Source of the DNA: Rhodoluna sp.
Lineage (GTDB): Bacteria; Actinomycetota; Actinomycetes; Actinomycetales; Microbacteriaceae
NCBI GenBank assembly: GCA_036721215.1
Contig: DAIMLM010000002.1
Coordinates: forward strand, 143,699 to 207,698
Length of the DNA stretch: 64,000 nt
Direction of reading: 5' to 3'
A program made the position numbers and the translations under genes. Below the pieces are notes generated by a model, which searched no databases, was not told where the DNA came from, and worked only from the letters and a program-made list of their open reading frames with translations. This document shows positions 36,551-48,362 of the stretch, piece after piece. The first letter of the stretch is position 1. Each line of letters begins with the position of its first letter.

Positions 36551-38026
36551 CTAGTTGGCCAGGTCACGCGCCAGCTGGACCAGAGTTCTCACAGTTACCC
36601 CAGTAGCACCTTTGGGTGTGTGGCCGTAGGCAGCAAAGTCGTTGTTGGCGGGACCTGCAATATCAAGGTGGGCCCAGGCTGGCTTCTTAGCCTGATCGGC
36701 GCCAACAAACTCCCTCAGAAACAGACCACCGATAAGCATTCCACCGGCTCTATTTCCGATCTTGACGTTTGCGATGTCGGCAATGTCGGAATCAAGAAGC
36801 GGTCTTAGCTCTTCGGGAAGTGGCATATGCCACACTAGTTCACCAACCGACTCGGAGGCTTTTTCTACCTTCTTTACTGCTGCTTCGTCTCCCATTAAAC
36901 CGGCATACCTATTACCTAAAGCGATGGTGGCAGCTCCGGTTAGGGTCGCCACGTCAATCAGGTAATCAGGAGACTCCTCAACGGCCATAGACAAACCATC
37001 GGCGAGAACTAAGCGGCCTTCGGCATCGGTGTTTAGAACCTCAACGGTTTTTCCGTTTCGGATCTTGATGATGTCGTTTGGCCTTGTTGCTGTGCCCGAA
37101 GGCATGTTCTCTGCAAGGCAAAGCCAAGCGGTGGCTTTTACCTTTATACCTAGAGTTGCAATCGCAACCAGCGCTTGCATAACTGCTGCCGCACCAGTCA
37201 TGTCGTATTTCATGCCAACCATAGACTCGGCGGGTTTTAGAGAAAGACCCCCGGTATCAAAAGTGATTCCCTTGCCAACTAGGGCAAGAGATACTTTGGC
37301 ACCAGCAGGCTTGTATTCCAACTTCACAAGACGCGGGGGCCTAGAAGAACCCTTGCCAACGGCATGGATTCCTCCAAGACCTGCGGCGACAAGATCCTTT
37401 TCTTCCCAGACCTTTATTTTTATCGGAAGATTCTTGGAAGCCTTTTTTGCGTGCTGGGTCATGACCTCCGGGTATAGATCATTGGCTGGCTGATTGACAA
37501 GGTCACGACATGCATGCACCGCTGAAACAACAGTTTCAACCGAGGACAATTCCGCAGGCTTCGGCTTTGATTTGGAGACGATAGTTACCTTTGCAAGGCT
37601 GCGCTTTACCGGCTTTGACTTGTAGTTCTGAAAATCGTAGTTGCCAAGCAAGAAGCCTTCAAAAACAGCCAAGGTTTCAGACGCTGATTTCAGCGGAACA
37701 TCGATAACCACGTGCTCAGCTGCGCCGAGCTCGCGCGCTGCGACGCCGCCGATGAACCTGAAAGAGTCAAGGTCTTTCGAAGGGCCTAACCCAATCAAAA
37801 GCACGACGCTCGAACTTGGCCCTGAAACCTTTGTGGTTTTGCCTAGCGCCGCACTTACTCCAAGGGATTCCAAGTTGATGGATGCCAAGAATTTGGCATC
37901 AAGGCTGGAGTGGGTAAGAGCTGACTTTGCTCCATCTGCTTTTACACCTATTACATAGGCGGTTGCTTTAGTGGCTGCTGGAGAAGTTTCGCTGATGGCG
38001 TGCTTAAGTTTTGTCATGTTGACCAT
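36551..38026 (-). CDS. pepA: Leucyl aminopeptidase (M17)
   Basis: VGKGITFDTGG and the signature NTDAEGRLVLAD. The alternative start ATG 38017 (MTKLKH) fits a leaderless transcript better. Confidence 0.9.
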   Translation of the reverse strand: MVNMTKLKHAISETSPAATKATAYVIGVKADGAKSALTHSSLDAKFLASINLESLGVSAALGKTTKVSGPSSSVVLLIGLGPSKDLDSFRFIGGVAARELGAAEHVVIDVPLKSASETLAVFEGFLLGNYDFQNYKSKPVKRSLAKVTIVSKSKPKPAELSSVETVVSAVHACRDLVNQPANDLYPEVMTQHAKKASKNLPIKIKVWEEKDLVAAGLGGIHAVGKGSSRPPRLVKLEYKPAGAKVSLALVGKGITFDTGGLSLKPAESMVGMKYDMTGAAAVMQALVAIATLGIKVKATAWLCLAENMPSGTATRPNDIIKIRNGKTVEVLNTDAEGRLVLADGLSMAVEESPDYLIDVATLTGAATIALGNRYAGLMGDEAAVKKVEKASESVGELVWHMPLPEELRPLLDSDIADIANVKIGNRAGGMLIGGLFLREFVGADQAKKPAWAHLDIAGPANNDFAAYGHTPKGATGVTVRTLVQLARDLAN

Positions 38027-38050
38027 GATAATCGAGCCAGTGCTTAGGAT
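38025..38050. promoter_or_regulatory. Back-to-back candidate -10 boxes for divergent leaderless pepA and PAC2 genes
   Basis: On the minus strand, TATCAT (38030-38025) lies 7 nt before ATG 38017. On the plus strand, TAGGAT (38045-38050) lies 6 nt before ATG 38057. Neither start has a Shine-Dalgarno. Confidence 0.4.
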
Positions 38051-38056
38051 TGAATC

Positions 38057-38977
38057 ATGTCATCCGAGCCCATCTATCACTTCGAGCCTGATCACCAAGA
38101 GATTCCTGCTGGCCTGCACCTGATTGCTGGCTTAACTGGGTTCACTGATGCCGGTGGAGTGCTGAATCAGTTTTCCGAGCATATTTTTGCAAATCTAGAT
38201 TCTGTTCAGGTTTTGCACTTTGATAACGACGAGTTGCTGGATTACAGATCCAGGCGACCGGTGATGTTCTTCGAGAAAGACCACATCGAAGATTACGAGC
38301 CAGCAAGTTTGGCGCTTTATCTAGTGCATGACGAAGTGAACCAGCCCTTTTTGTTCCTGCATGGCTATGAACCAGATTTTCGCTGGGATGCATTCACCGA
38401 CGCGGTTTTGAGGCTCATCAAGCGCCTGCAGGTAAAAGATGTCACTTGGCTTCACTCAATTCCGTTCCCAATTCCGCACACTAGAGAAACCGGTGTTACG
38501 GTTTCTGGAAACCGGATGGACATTGTCAACCAGCTTTCCGAGTGGAAGCCCCAAACTCAGGTTCCTGGCAACGTCTTGCATCTTCTAGAGTTCAAGGTAG
38601 CCAAAACTGGGCTGCCGATTGTTGGTTACGTATTACTCTGCCCGCACTACTTGGCCGACAACGACTTCCCGCAAGCCGCAGTTTCTGCTTTTGAGCTAGT
38701 TGCGTCTTCAACCGGGCTGGTCTTTCCAACTGATGACCTTCGAGACGACGGCACAGAGTTTCTGACCAAACTAAACGATCAGATTTCAGAGAACGCCGAG
38801 CTGCAGAAAATGATTGCAACTTTGGAGCAGGGTTACCAAAACGAAGTGACTGGCCCGTCAAGAGCTCCTATTAGAAAACCTGCAGTAAAGTTACCAAATG
38901 CGGAAGAAATCGCCGCCGAGCTAGAGGGTTACCTTGCCTCAAGGCAAAGAAACAAGCCCGACGAATCAAACGATTAG
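38057..38977 (+). CDS. PAC2 (proteasome assembly chaperone 2-like) family protein
   Basis: The N-terminal LIAGLTGFTDAGGV motif and ~300-aa size match the recalled actinobacterial PAC2 family. Confidence 0.7.
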   Translation: MSSEPIYHFEPDHQEIPAGLHLIAGLTGFTDAGGVLNQFSEHIFANLDSVQVLHFDNDELLDYRSRRPVMFFEKDHIEDYEPASLALYLVHDEVNQPFLFLHGYEPDFRWDAFTDAVLRLIKRLQVKDVTWLHSIPFPIPHTRETGVTVSGNRMDIVNQLSEWKPQTQVPGNVLHLLEFKVAKTGLPIVGYVLLCPHYLADNDFPQAAVSAFELVASSTGLVFPTDDLRDDGTEFLTKLNDQISENAELQKMIATLEQGYQNEVTGPSRAPIRKPAVKLPNAEEIAAELEGYLASRQRNKPDESND

Positions 38978-39805
38978 TTTTTTACCGGATAGATTCTCAA
39001 GAATTTTCCAATTCTCACCGAGCTCGTTAGGTGTTAGCCTCGCTGGAATTTTTGCGGAGGCCGAATCTCCCCACAGCTCCAGATATTTTGGACCAAGGTA
39101 AGAAGCGCCTGGGATCTCATTGTTAGTAGCAGCCTCAACAATCGGTCTCGCACCTGCTTTTGCCGATTGGGCAAGAAATGACTCAAAGAATCTAGTCGTC
39201 TTTGGCCCATAGGGTTCTGCACTTGCAAAACCTGGGTGAGCAGCCAACGACGAAAAACTGCCTGAGCCTAGAAGGTTCTCGAGCTCTAGCGCGAAGGCAA
39301 GGTTTGCAAGTTTGCTTGCGCTGTAGCTCATCCCAGCTTGGTAGCTCTGCTTGGAACCAGCGGGTCCAAGTTTGCTAGGTGCGAATCGAGCAATTATCGA
39401 TGCAACGGACACGATTCGAGAAATTCCTGCACGATGTTTTAGTAGATCCATCGTGAGAGCAAAGTGACCTACCGCGTTTACGCCGTAGTGGTATTCGACT
39501 CCGAAATCTGTTTCGGCGTAGTTAGAAAGTATCTTGGCTCCGGCATTGTTTACCAGCACATCCCAGGTGCCATAGTTGGCGCGATAGGCAGAAACAAACT
39601 TGTTGATTGATTCCATTGATGCCAGATCAAGCTCCATCATTGAAACCTTGGACATTGGGTTGGCACTAGTGATTCTTGAAACCGCCGCATTACCTTTGAG
39701 AGTGCTTCGACTCGTGATTAGCACCTCGAAACCCTTGGAGGCTAGGGCAACTGCGGTTTCGAATCCAAGCCCAGTATTGGCCCCTGTGACTATCGCTAAT
39801 GGCAT
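38966..39805 (-). CDS. Short-chain dehydrogenase/reductase
   Basis: Cofactor motif TGANTGLGFE, NNAG, and catalytic YSASKLAN. Confidence 0.85.
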   Translation of the reverse strand: MPLAIVTGANTGLGFETAVALASKGFEVLITSRSTLKGNAAVSRITSANPMSKVSMMELDLASMESINKFVSAYRANYGTWDVLVNNAGAKILSNYAETDFGVEYHYGVNAVGHFALTMDLLKHRAGISRIVSVASIIARFAPSKLGPAGSKQSYQAGMSYSASKLANLAFALELENLLGSGSFSSLAAHPGFASAEPYGPKTTRFFESFLAQSAKAGARPIVEAATNNEIPGASYLGPKYLELWGDSASAKIPARLTPNELGENWKILENLSGKKLIV

Positions 39806-39989
39806 GTATCCAAGGCTAGATCAGGAATAGTTGAAGCCAAACCAGGGTTCTAGATCTTCCAAGGTGCCGTGTACAAGAACTGCTGTAAATAGGTGCCATA
39901 ATTGAAGAAGACCCAGTCGTCGAAGCAACTTTTCGACTTGACATGGGTCTTAGTAATTCCCGAAATCAAGGCATCATCGAGAGGTTACA

Positions 39990-41414
39990 TTGGCAAAGGC
40001 GACAGTAGCTACAAAGAAGGCTTCCCCCAAAGCCTCCTTGAAGGCCGACCCGAAGATCAAAAAAGCTGCCGGCGCAACCAAGGCAGATCCCAAGAGCTCG
40101 AAGCCCAAGACTTCTTTGAAGACGGCTTCCGCAAAAAATCCCAAGCCTGCTAAACCTGCCTCAAAGAAAGCTACGAAGTCTGCCGCGGTGAAGCCAGCGG
40201 CAAAGTCTAAAGCGAGTTCTAAGGGACCGGCAGTAAAGGCTAAGAAAACTGATTTAAAAACCAAGCCTGCAAAGTCCAAAATATCCGACCTTCCCGAAGA
40301 TGAGTTAGACGATGTTGATGTCGACGTCCTGGAGTCTGTGGAGGACATAGTCGCGGACGTAGCAGAAGCGGTTGATATTACTGCGGTCGAAATTGACTTA
40401 GCAGTTGAAGAAGTCGAAGAAGTAGTTGTTCCAGGTGGCGGATTTGTTCTAAAAAACAACGAAGACGATGACATTCCGGCTCAGACAACAACCATTACGG
40501 GTGCAACAGCCGACCCAGTTAAGGACTACCTAAAGCAAATCGGTAAAGTTGCTCTTCTAAATGCCGAACTTGAGGTTGAGCTCGCAAAAAGAATTGAAGC
40601 TGGATTGTTTGCCGAAGAGAAGCTCGCTGGGAAACGTCAGCTTTCTAAAGATCTAGAGCGCGATCTGCGTTGGGTAGTAAAAGACGGACAGAAAGCAAAG
40701 AGCCATCTTTTGGAAGCAAACCTAAGACTCGTTGTTTCGCTAGCGAAGCGTTACACCGGTCGCGGAATGCAATTTTTGGATTTGATTCAAGAAGGAAATC
40801 TCGGACTTATCCGTGCTGTGGAGAAGTTCGATTACACCAAGGGTTACAAGTTCTCTACCTATGCAACTTGGTGGATTCGCCAGGCAATTACTAGGGCCAT
40901 GGCGGACCAGGCAAGAACGATTCGTATCCCGGTTCACATGGTTGAAGTTATTAACAAGCTAGCCAGAGTGCAAAGGCAGCTGCTTCAAGATCTTGGACGC
41001 GAACCAACCCCAGAAGAGCTAGCTAGAGAGCTAGACATGACACCTGAAAAGGTCGTCGAGGTTCAAAAGTATGGGCGCGAACCTATTTCCCTTTCCACAC
41101 CACTGGGTGAAGATGGCGACAGCGAGTTTGGCGACTTGATTGAAGACACTGAAGCCGTGGTTCCAGCCGATGCGGTTGGCTTCACAATGCTGCAGCGCGA
41201 GCTGGAACGAATTCTTGGTTCATTGCACCCGCGCGAGGCTGGGGTTATAAAGAGCAGGTTTGGTTTGGGCGACGGAGTTCAAAAGACTCTAGATCAAATT
41301 GGTGAAGAGTTTGGTGTGACCCGTGAGCGCATTAGGCAAATTGAGTCTAAAACAATGTCCAAGTTGAGGCACCCTTCTAGATCGCAGATGCTTCGAGACT
41401 ATTTGGAGCAGTAG
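39990..41414 (+). CDS. rpoD: Principal sigma-70 factor (HrdB/SigA type) with a Lys/Ala/Pro-rich N-terminal tail
   Basis: Region 1.2 [11 protein letters not shown]. Region 2 [15 protein letters not shown] and [13 protein letters not shown]. Region 4.2 [25 protein letters not shown] start with GAGAGG upstream. Confidence 0.92.
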   Translation: MAKATVATKKASPKASLKADPKIKKAAGATKADPKSSKPKTSLKTASAKNPKPAKPASKKATKSAAVKPAAKSKASSKGPAVKAKKTDLKTKPAKSKISDLPEDELDDVDVDVLESVEDIVADVAEAVDITAVEIDLAVEEVEEVVVPGGGFVLKNNEDDDIPAQTTTITGATADPVKDYLKQIGKVALLNAELEVELAKRIEAGLFAEEKLAGKRQLSKDLERDLRWVVKDGQKAKSHLLEANLRLVVSLAKRYTGRGMQFLDLIQEGNLGLIRAVEKFDYTKGYKFSTYATWWIRQAITRAMADQARTIRIPVHMVEVINKLARVQRQLLQDLGREPTPEELARELDMTPEKVVEVQKYGREPISLSTPLGEDGDSEFGDLIEDTEAVVPADAVGFTMLQRELERILGSLHPREAGVIKSRFGLGDGVQKTLDQIGEEFGVTRERIRQIESKTMSKLRHPSRSQMLRDYLEQ

Positions 41415-41430
41415 CTCAAGTCTTTAGAAA

Positions 41431-41643
41431 TTACTTGCTAAGCAGTTTGGCGGTTTCGTCTAGCCAGCCTTTTGCAATTGGCTCTAGCTTCGCCTTGTTG
41501 GCGTTTCCGTGATGGGCACAAAATAGCAGCTCACCAGTAGCCAGTGACGCACGAATGTAGGCCTGAGCTCCGCAGGCGTCGCAGCGGTCAGCCGCACTTA
41601 GCACTTCACTTGGGTTCTGATCCTGTGTTTCTAATGGCTGCAT
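41431..41643 (-). CDS. Small Cys/His-containing conserved actinobacterial protein (DUF7455-like)
   Basis: 70 aa with CDAC..(n)..CAHH spacing that suggests a zinc site. Its location beside rpoD matches recalled synteny. Confidence 0.6.
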   Translation of the reverse strand: MQPLETQDQNPSEVLSAADRCDACGAQAYIRASLATGELLFCAHHGNANKAKLEPIAKGWLDETAKLLSK

Positions 41644-41791
41644 ATGTTTTGTTTCCCTTCTGGCTCCTATTTGAGCACACCAATCACTTGCTTTCGTTCA
41701 AATTGACCCATATTTCGCTAACTGCGAAGTTATTTCCCGACTTCGGGTGTTTGGATGCGCTCAAGGGCTTGGCCGAGATTAGCATTTCAGA

Positions 41792-43873
41792 GTGGCAACC
41801 GAAGACTATTCAGCTAGACACCTCTCCGTCCTTGAAGGGCTAGAGGCCGTTCGGAAGCGCCCTGGCATGTACATCGGTTCAACCGATGGCCGCGGATTGA
41901 TGCACTGCCTCTGGGAGATCATCGATAACAGCGTGGACGAGGCGCTTGCTGGTCACGGCAAGCACGTCACCATAGAACTGAATAAAGACGGCAGCGTGAC
42001 CGTAGAAGATGATGGCCGCGGTGTGCCTGTTGATATTGAGCCAAAAACTGGACTTTCTGGTGTTGAGGTTGTTTTCACCAAACTGCACGCTGGTGGAAAA
42101 TTTGGCAGCGGATCTTATGCAGCCTCCGGTGGTTTGCACGGTGTTGGCGCCTCTGTTGTCAACGCTTTGTCCGAGCGATTAGATGTTGAAGTTGATCGAA
42201 ACGGTCAAACCTACGCCATGTCTTTCCATCGTGGAGAACCAGGGGTTTTCGACGACAAGAAATCCATTTCGCCGCAAAGCCCCTTCAAGGCATTCGCCAA
42301 GAAAAGCGAACTGAAGATTCTTGGAAAAGTTGCCAAGAACAAAACCGGCACCAGGGTCAGGTACTGGCCAGACCCGCAGATTTTCGTAAAAGAGACCGCC
42401 TTCGATCTCAAAGACCTTGAAGACCGAGCAAGGCAGACCGCCTTCTTGGTTCCCGGATTAGTTCTTTCAGTAGTGGACAAGAGAAGTGGCAAACCAACCA
42501 AGCAGCAATTCAAATTTGATGGCGGTATTTCCGAGTTCGTTGACTACCTGGCACCAGATGCTGCCCTTACGGCTATTTGGAGGCTCAGGGGAGAAACCGA
42601 GTTCACCGAGACCGTTCCCGTCCTAGACAAAAAAGGCAACATGGTTTCCACCGAAGTCACTAGAAAGTGCGAGGTGGATATAGCTCTTCGCTGGGGAACA
42701 GGATACGAAACCAGCTTCCGGTCCTTTGTGAACGTAATTGCCACACCTAAGGGCGGAACCCACGTAACTGGCTTCGAGCAGGGAGCTGTAAAAGCCATTC
42801 GCGCTGAAATCGAAGCAAATTCCAGAAAGCTAAAGCTTGGAAACGACAAGGTTGAAAAAGAGGACATCCTGGCAGGCCTCACAGCTGTTGTTGCTGTTCG
42901 CCTTGCAGAGCCACAGTTCGAAGGACAAACCAAGGAGATTCTTGGAACGCCAGCAGTAAAAAACATTGTTGCTGCAATTGTTGCCAAGAGGCTAAACGAG
43001 CGATTCTCTTCCGGCAAGCGTGATGATAAGACCCAGTCTGCTTTGGTTTTAGAAAAGATTGTTGCTGAAACAAAATCGAGGGTATCGGCACGAACCCATA
43101 AGGAAACTCAGCGCCGGAAGAATGCTCTCGAGAGCTCATCATTGCCAAGCAAGCTAGTCGATTGCAGAACTTCGGAAACTGAAGTTTCAGAACTGTTCAT
43201 TGTCGAGGGAGATTCAGCTCTTGGAACGGCAAAGCTTGCTCGCAATAGCGAATACCAAGCTCTTTTACCTATTCGCGGAAAGATTCTCAATGTTCAAAAG
43301 GCTTCGGTCGCGGACATGCTTTCAAACACAGAGTGCGCCTCAATCATTCAAGTATTGGGTGCAGGTTCTGGACGTAGCTTTGAGCTGCCTTCCGCACGAT
43401 ATGGCAAAGTGATTTTGATGAGCGATGCTGATGTCGATGGTGCTCACATTAGAACTTTGCTTCTAACTCTCTTCTTTAGATACATGAGGCCCCTAGTGGA
43501 AGCCGGAAGAGTTTATGCAGCAGTTCCACCGCTTCATCGAGTGACTGTTATTAATGCTGGCTCCAAATCCAACGAACACATCTATACCTATTCGCAAGCA
43601 GAGCTTGAGAAGTTGCTTGCAAAGCTAAAGACCGCGAAGAAAAGTTACCAAGAACCAATTCAGCGCTATAAGGGATTGGGAGAGATGGATGCCGAGCAGT
43701 TAGCGGAGACAACCATGGACCGATCAAAGCGCGCGCTTAGAAGAGTCACCGTAAAAGACGCTGCGGCGGCTGAAAAGATGTTCGAGCTATTGATGGGCAA
43801 CGAAGTCGGTCCGAGAAGAGACTTTATTATCGACTCAGCAGATACACTCGAGCGCGAACGAATTGACGCTTAA
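41792..43873 (+). CDS. parE: Type IIA topoisomerase B subunit (topoisomerase IV ParE-like)
   Basis: GHKL N-box [19 protein letters not shown], Toprim [16 protein letters not shown] and DADVDGAHI. It neighbours rpoD rather than dnaA/recF. GTG start. Confidence 0.85.
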   Translation: MATEDYSARHLSVLEGLEAVRKRPGMYIGSTDGRGLMHCLWEIIDNSVDEALAGHGKHVTIELNKDGSVTVEDDGRGVPVDIEPKTGLSGVEVVFTKLHAGGKFGSGSYAASGGLHGVGASVVNALSERLDVEVDRNGQTYAMSFHRGEPGVFDDKKSISPQSPFKAFAKKSELKILGKVAKNKTGTRVRYWPDPQIFVKETAFDLKDLEDRARQTAFLVPGLVLSVVDKRSGKPTKQQFKFDGGISEFVDYLAPDAALTAIWRLRGETEFTETVPVLDKKGNMVSTEVTRKCEVDIALRWGTGYETSFRSFVNVIATPKGGTHVTGFEQGAVKAIRAEIEANSRKLKLGNDKVEKEDILAGLTAVVAVRLAEPQFEGQTKEILGTPAVKNIVAAIVAKRLNERFSSGKRDDKTQSALVLEKIVAETKSRVSARTHKETQRRKNALESSSLPSKLVDCRTSETEVSELFIVEGDSALGTAKLARNSEYQALLPIRGKILNVQKASVADMLSNTECASIIQVLGAGSGRSFELPSARYGKVILMSDADVDGAHIRTLLLTLFFRYMRPLVEAGRVYAAVPPLHRVTVINAGSKSNEHIYTYSQAELEKLLAKLKTAKKSYQEPIQRYKGLGEMDAEQLAETTMDRSKRALRRVTVKDAAAAEKMFELLMGNEVGPRRDFIIDSADTLERERIDA

Positions 43874-46263
43874 GCTAAGCCGATAAAACTAATCGCAGGC
43901 GCTGCATCTCCTGATGTGTCGCGCTTCTGGATCTCATACTCAATACCGATTGCCTTACCTTTGGCATCTAGTAATTGGAAACTTTCAGGTCCCGCATAAG
44001 CCAAAGCAATCTGATCCCTAGCCTTGGTGAACTTGTGAGCCCTCATACCTCCGGTGGCGCGGCCTTTCTTCGGGAATTCGTCAATCTTGCTGACTTTTAG
44101 TGCTCCGGGATCAGTGCCGGGAAGTGCTTTTGAACTGTTTGCAATCGTGAGCACGATGTTCTTGGTTTTTGCTTTCAAGACCCCAAAGTAGACAACTTCG
44201 GATTCGGTCTTTATCCCAGCCATTCCGGCTCCATTTCTACCCTGAGGGCGAACGGTCTTGGCGTCAAATCGAAGCAGTTGCGCGTCTTGGGTTATAAAAA
44301 CTAGCTCATCATTTTCTTCCGAGAGCGCTGCCCCCACAACTTTGTCTCCAGCCTTCAGGTTTATGCACTCAAAGTCCGATTTTTGTGGGAAGTCTGGCAG
44401 TACTCGCTTGACGGTTCCATTCTTGGTTCCCAGCGCGACGATACTCTTTTCGTCAACCGGAATGACGGCAACAACTTTCTCCTTCTTGCCAAGGCCAAGA
44501 AACTCGGCGGCAAGTGGACCGGGGTTTTGAGCACCGTAGTCACCGACTGGGATGTCCCCGATGTGTGTTCGAAGCATTCGACCCAAATCTGTTATGAATA
44601 CAACATCTGATCTCGTGGTCGATGAGAACCAGTTCCTATAGCCGACTTTTCTTGAAGCTGGGGCTTCGGGTGACTCAGAGCGAAACACGCGCCCATTTGA
44701 AGTAAGAGTGATGGCTGTGGGGGAGTCGGTTAATTGCGCGGAAACTTGCTCTTTGCCACTTGACACCGGTGCAGTTGTTTCTTCGGCTTGGATTGATGTC
44801 CTGCGGTCATCACCGTAGTTGTCGGCTACCTCTTGCAGCTCTGTGGCAACTAATTCTTTCAAGATCTTGTCTGAAGACAGAATCTTCTCAAGTTCTTCGA
44901 TTTCCTTCTTGAGCTGCTTCTTCTCGTTGTCTAGTTCTAGCTTGGAGAACTTAGTTAGCCTTCTTAGTCGAAGCTCCAGAATGTATTCGGCTTGAATGTC
45001 CGAGAGCTTGAATTTCTTCATGAGCTTTGTTTTGGCTTCTTGGACCTCTTCGGAGGCCCTGATGATCTTGATGACCTCGTCGATTGCGACGATTGCAAGG
45101 AGCATTCCTTCGACGAGGTGCAGTCTGGCCTGACGCTTACCCAGGCGGTTTTGACTGCGCCGTTTGGTTACAACCACCCGGTGTGCTAGATACACACCCA
45201 ACAGGTCTCGAAGCCCAAGGGTTTGGGGTTGGCCATCAACTAGAGCAACGTTGTTGATACCGAAGCTGTCTTCCATCGGGGTGTAGCGGAACAGAAGATC
45301 AAGAACAACTTGTGGGTCAAAGCCAGTTTTTAGTTCAATAATCAGCTTGAGTCCGTTGCTTCGATCGGTCAAGTCGATTACGTCTGAAATGCCCTGCAAT
45401 TTCTTGCTGTTGACACCTTCTTTGATCTTCTCAATAACTTTTTCTGGGCCAATCAGGTAAGGAAGTTCAGTTACCACCAGCCCCATTCTTCTTGGAGCAA
45501 CGCTCTCGACCGCAACTCGCGCCCGCGTCTTGAAGGAGCCGCGACCGGTTTCGTAAGCTTCGGCGATTCCCTCCCCAGCGATGATGATTCCACCGTTTGG
45601 AAAATCTGGCGCAGGAACGATCTTCATTAGATCCTGGAGCGTACTCTTTGGGTTCTTCAGAAGGTGAATTGCCGCTTTGATTACTTCTCGCATGTTGTGA
45701 GGGGGCATGTTTGTTGCCATACCTACTGCAATTCCAGATGCACCGTTCACCAATAGGTTTGGAAAAGCAGCGGGTAAGACCTCGGGCTCTGAAAGCTGAG
45801 CGTCATAGTTGGGCTTGAAGTCAACTACATCCTCGTTCAACCCCTCGTTCATCATTAGCGCGGCAGCTGAAAGCCTTACCTCGGTGTATCTGGCAGCTGC
45901 CGGGCCATCGTCCAAACTTCCGAAGTTTCCGTGGCCGTCAATCAACGGTGCGCGCAGAGAGAACGGCTGTGCCATTCGTACTAGTGCATCGTAAATAGCA
46001 CTGTCTCCGTGGGGGTGGAGCTTACCCATTACCTCGCCGGTAACTCGAGCAGATTTGACGTGACCCCTGTCTGGGCGAAGACCCATCTCACCCATTTGGT
46101 AAACGATGCGCCGGTGAACCGGCTTTAGCCCATCCCTGGCGTCGGGTAGCGCTCTTGAGTAAATGACGGAATAGGAATACTCAAGAAAAGAATCCTGCAT
46201 CTCCTTGGATAGGTCGATGTCGAAGATACGCTCTGGAACTACTTCAATAGGATCTTTGGCCAT
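43870..46263 (-). CDS. parC: Type IIA topoisomerase A subunit (topoisomerase IV ParC-like)
   Basis: [21 protein letters not shown] and the catalytic Tyr context [10 protein letters not shown]. No GyrA-box (QRRGGKG-like) is visible in the C-terminal domain. Confidence 0.85.
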   Translation of the reverse strand: MAKDPIEVVPERIFDIDLSKEMQDSFLEYSYSVIYSRALPDARDGLKPVHRRIVYQMGEMGLRPDRGHVKSARVTGEVMGKLHPHGDSAIYDALVRMAQPFSLRAPLIDGHGNFGSLDDGPAAARYTEVRLSAAALMMNEGLNEDVVDFKPNYDAQLSEPEVLPAAFPNLLVNGASGIAVGMATNMPPHNMREVIKAAIHLLKNPKSTLQDLMKIVPAPDFPNGGIIIAGEGIAEAYETGRGSFKTRARVAVESVAPRRMGLVVTELPYLIGPEKVIEKIKEGVNSKKLQGISDVIDLTDRSNGLKLIIELKTGFDPQVVLDLLFRYTPMEDSFGINNVALVDGQPQTLGLRDLLGVYLAHRVVVTKRRSQNRLGKRQARLHLVEGMLLAIVAIDEVIKIIRASEEVQEAKTKLMKKFKLSDIQAEYILELRLRRLTKFSKLELDNEKKQLKKEIEELEKILSSDKILKELVATELQEVADNYGDDRRTSIQAEETTAPVSSGKEQVSAQLTDSPTAITLTSNGRVFRSESPEAPASRKVGYRNWFSSTTRSDVVFITDLGRMLRTHIGDIPVGDYGAQNPGPLAAEFLGLGKKEKVVAVIPVDEKSIVALGTKNGTVKRVLPDFPQKSDFECINLKAGDKVVGAALSEENDELVFITQDAQLLRFDAKTVRPQGRNGAGMAGIKTESEVVYFGVLKAKTKNIVLTIANSSKALPGTDPGALKVSKIDEFPKKGRATGGMRAHKFTKARDQIALAYAGPESFQLLDAKGKAIGIEYEIQKRDTSGDAAPAISFIGLA

Positions 46264-46278
46264 GGTCTTCCTGTTGCT

Positions 46279-47403
46279 GTGGCAAACTTAGCTTCGATGC
46301 TACCTTCTGTTCCCAAATCACTCGGGAGGCTTTCCGACGCCTACCTAAGCGCCTATCTCGCGCTTAGCTCCTCCGATAATCCCCTAAAGCTCGCTCAGAA
46401 GAAGAGTTATCTGGTGATTCTGGTAGATGGTCTTGGCACCGCAAACATTAAAAGCGCTGCCGGACACGCAGGATTTCTCAATCAAAAGCTCGTGTCAGCT
46501 AAGTCTTTGTTCTCCGGGTTTCCTGCAACAACTAGTTCCAGCCTTACTTCACTTGCAACAGGTGCTGCTAATGGCAGCCACGCGGTGCTCGGACACCGAG
46601 TTTATGACCGAGCTAAAAGTCGGAACATCAACTTTCTAAACGATCTTGGTTCGGAACTTGATCCACGCGAGTATCAAGACCTAGAGACAATCTCTGAGAA
46701 AGCTGCAAAAAATGGGGTGGTGGTTTCAACCATTGGTCCATCCGAGTATGACAAGTCTGGGTTCACTATGGCCACCATGCCAAACGCCAACTACATTCCA
46801 GCCCTAAGTTTTCAAGACCGTTTCACGGCTGCCAAAAAGGCTCTTAGTGTTCCCAACAGCTTGACGTATTTATACTTTCCCGAACTCGATCAGTTCGCCC
46901 ACCGCTATGGTTCTAACTCCAAGCAGTGGCTAAACGCTATTGAAGAGTTGGATTCCGAACTGAATAAGTTTTCTCGATCAATACCGTCAACTGTCGGAGT
47001 TATTCTCACCGCAGACCATGGAGTAATTGATGTTGAACCAGAAAGGCATATTTACCTCGATGAGTATGAATGTTTTAGTGATCTTGAGCAAATAGGGGGA
47101 GACCCACGAGTTAGCTTTCTCTATTTTCAAGAAAACACTGACTTAGCTACCAAACTCGTTGAAATTGCTGAAGCAATCGGAAACAATTGCGACGTTGTCA
47201 CGATTGCTGACTTGATAGCTGCTGGTTGGCTTTCGAGCTTGTCTGAGCAAGCCAAACGCGTGGCTCCGGATCTGGTGCTACTTCCTAAGGCCGATAGGGT
47301 GGCCTACCACCGAGGATTTGCAAAAGCTAGATCGTTATTGATGGTCGGACAGCACGGAGGTATGACTCAGGCCGAGTGGGAAGTTCCGCTTATCGTTTTT
47401 TAG
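46279..47403 (+). CDS. Alkaline phosphatase / nucleotide pyrophosphatase superfamily protein
   Basis: Metal and nucleophile contexts [24 protein letters not shown] and [14 protein letters not shown] start is uncertain. Confidence 0.7.
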   Translation: MANLASMLPSVPKSLGRLSDAYLSAYLALSSSDNPLKLAQKKSYLVILVDGLGTANIKSAAGHAGFLNQKLVSAKSLFSGFPATTSSSLTSLATGAANGSHAVLGHRVYDRAKSRNINFLNDLGSELDPREYQDLETISEKAAKNGVVVSTIGPSEYDKSGFTMATMPNANYIPALSFQDRFTAAKKALSVPNSLTYLYFPELDQFAHRYGSNSKQWLNAIEELDSELNKFSRSIPSTVGVILTADHGVIDVEPERHIYLDEYECFSDLEQIGGDPRVSFLYFQENTDLATKLVEIAEAIGNNCDVVTIADLIAAGWLSSLSEQAKRVAPDLVLLPKADRVAYHRGFAKARSLLMVGQHGGMTQAEWEVPLIVF

Positions 47404-48362
47404 TCTTCGGTCTTTGTTCCAAAGACGATTTCGTCCCAGCTAGGAATAGACGCTCTGCCTTTTTTGGGTGCGGGAGGATTATCCGCAACAACAATTTCTG
47501 GTTCCTGACTTACATCTTCATCAGCGAACCCAGGCTGCTCATCGAGATCAGGGACAACTGACAAGAACTCGGTGTGCGGAGATTCTTCCTGGTCTTCCAG
47601 CAACTCCCGCTCGTTGCGTTTTTTCCGGAGTGCCTCCAAAAGATCTGCCGTATCGGAAATTGGAGCAGAGGTTGGAGTTGGCGCAGTGAACTGGCTCGAC
47701 GCTGGCATAGGAGGTTCTCGGACGATTTCTACGGTGTCAGCAAGATTTGATGTGAAATCCGAGACCGGAGCGCTTACAGGACGCAACCTTGGAGCGGGTG
47801 CGGCAATTTTGTCACCAGAGGATAAAGAAATGGCGGATGCGTTTTCGGGAATTAACGCCAGCCGCTTCGGGTCATAGAGCCATGTCGCTTTGTTTTGCTT
47901 TCCCTCAAGCTCAAACTCGCAATAGATGAAAAAGCCATGCTCGGGGGCTTTCATGGCTGACCACTTTTCGATTCCCGCACCACTGGCAGCAAGTCGTGCC
48001 TTGATGATTTCGCCAAACTCTCTAGTGGCGGGGTTATTGAAGCGGTCCCCAGGAACCTCAAGCCGAACGGTCAATGCGTTCAAAACTGCGTGATTTAGCT
48101 CATCTAGAACCGGTTGAGCGAATTTCATTACATAGTCAACTGGAGCGCCGCTGGCTTGGACTATTTCCTCAATGCTTCGGCCAACCCTTATTTCTTCTTG
48201 GATTTCCCTTGGGCTCAAACGAGGCTCATCGAGCATTCGCGGGGCTTCGTTTCTAATCGCACTTCTTACAGACTGATCTAGAAGCAGGCGAAACCTTTGG
48301 CCCTCGGAGTCTTCCAGCAATAGAAAGTCACCATCTGAACCTAAAAACTTGATGTCTTTCAT
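47400..48362 (-). CDS. sepH: Septation protein SepH (DUF3071)
   Basis: N-terminal MKDIKFLGSDGDFLLLEDSEGQRFRLLLD, a disordered middle, and the conserved C-terminal KKGRASIPSWDEIVFG. Confidence 0.8.
   Translation of the reverse strand: MKDIKFLGSDGDFLLLEDSEGQRFRLLLDQSVRSAIRNEAPRMLDEPRLSPREIQEEIRVGRSIEEIVQASGAPVDYVMKFAQPVLDELNHAVLNALTVRLEVPGDRFNNPATREFGEIIKARLAASGAGIEKWSAMKAPEHGFFIYCEFELEGKQNKATWLYDPKRLALIPENASAISLSSGDKIAAPAPRLRPVSAPVSDFTSNLADTVEIVREPPMPASSQFTAPTPTSAPISDTADLLEALRKKRNERELLEDQEESPHTEFLSVVPDLDEQPGFADEDVSQEPEIVVADNPPAPKKGRASIPSWDEIVFGTKTED

Noticed and set aside
39974-40474. A 166-aa ORF antisense to the rpoD 5' region. Similar shadow ORFs lie inside sucB (34409-35088, three frames), aceE, glnE, parE/parC, acn and others.
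   Set aside because: They lie opposite genes with unambiguous family motifs. They are low-complexity mirror images (S/T/A-rich or G/A/T-rich) of Lys/Ala or Pro/Ala coding sequence and have no start context.
41792-46263. Calling these two genes gyrB/gyrA.
   Set aside because: The A subunit shows no GyrA-box in its C-terminal domain. The pair sits beside rpoD rather than in the dnaA-dnaN-recF-gyrB-gyrA origin block. This matches the topo IV-like paralogs of actinobacteria, but the assignment remains homology-level only.
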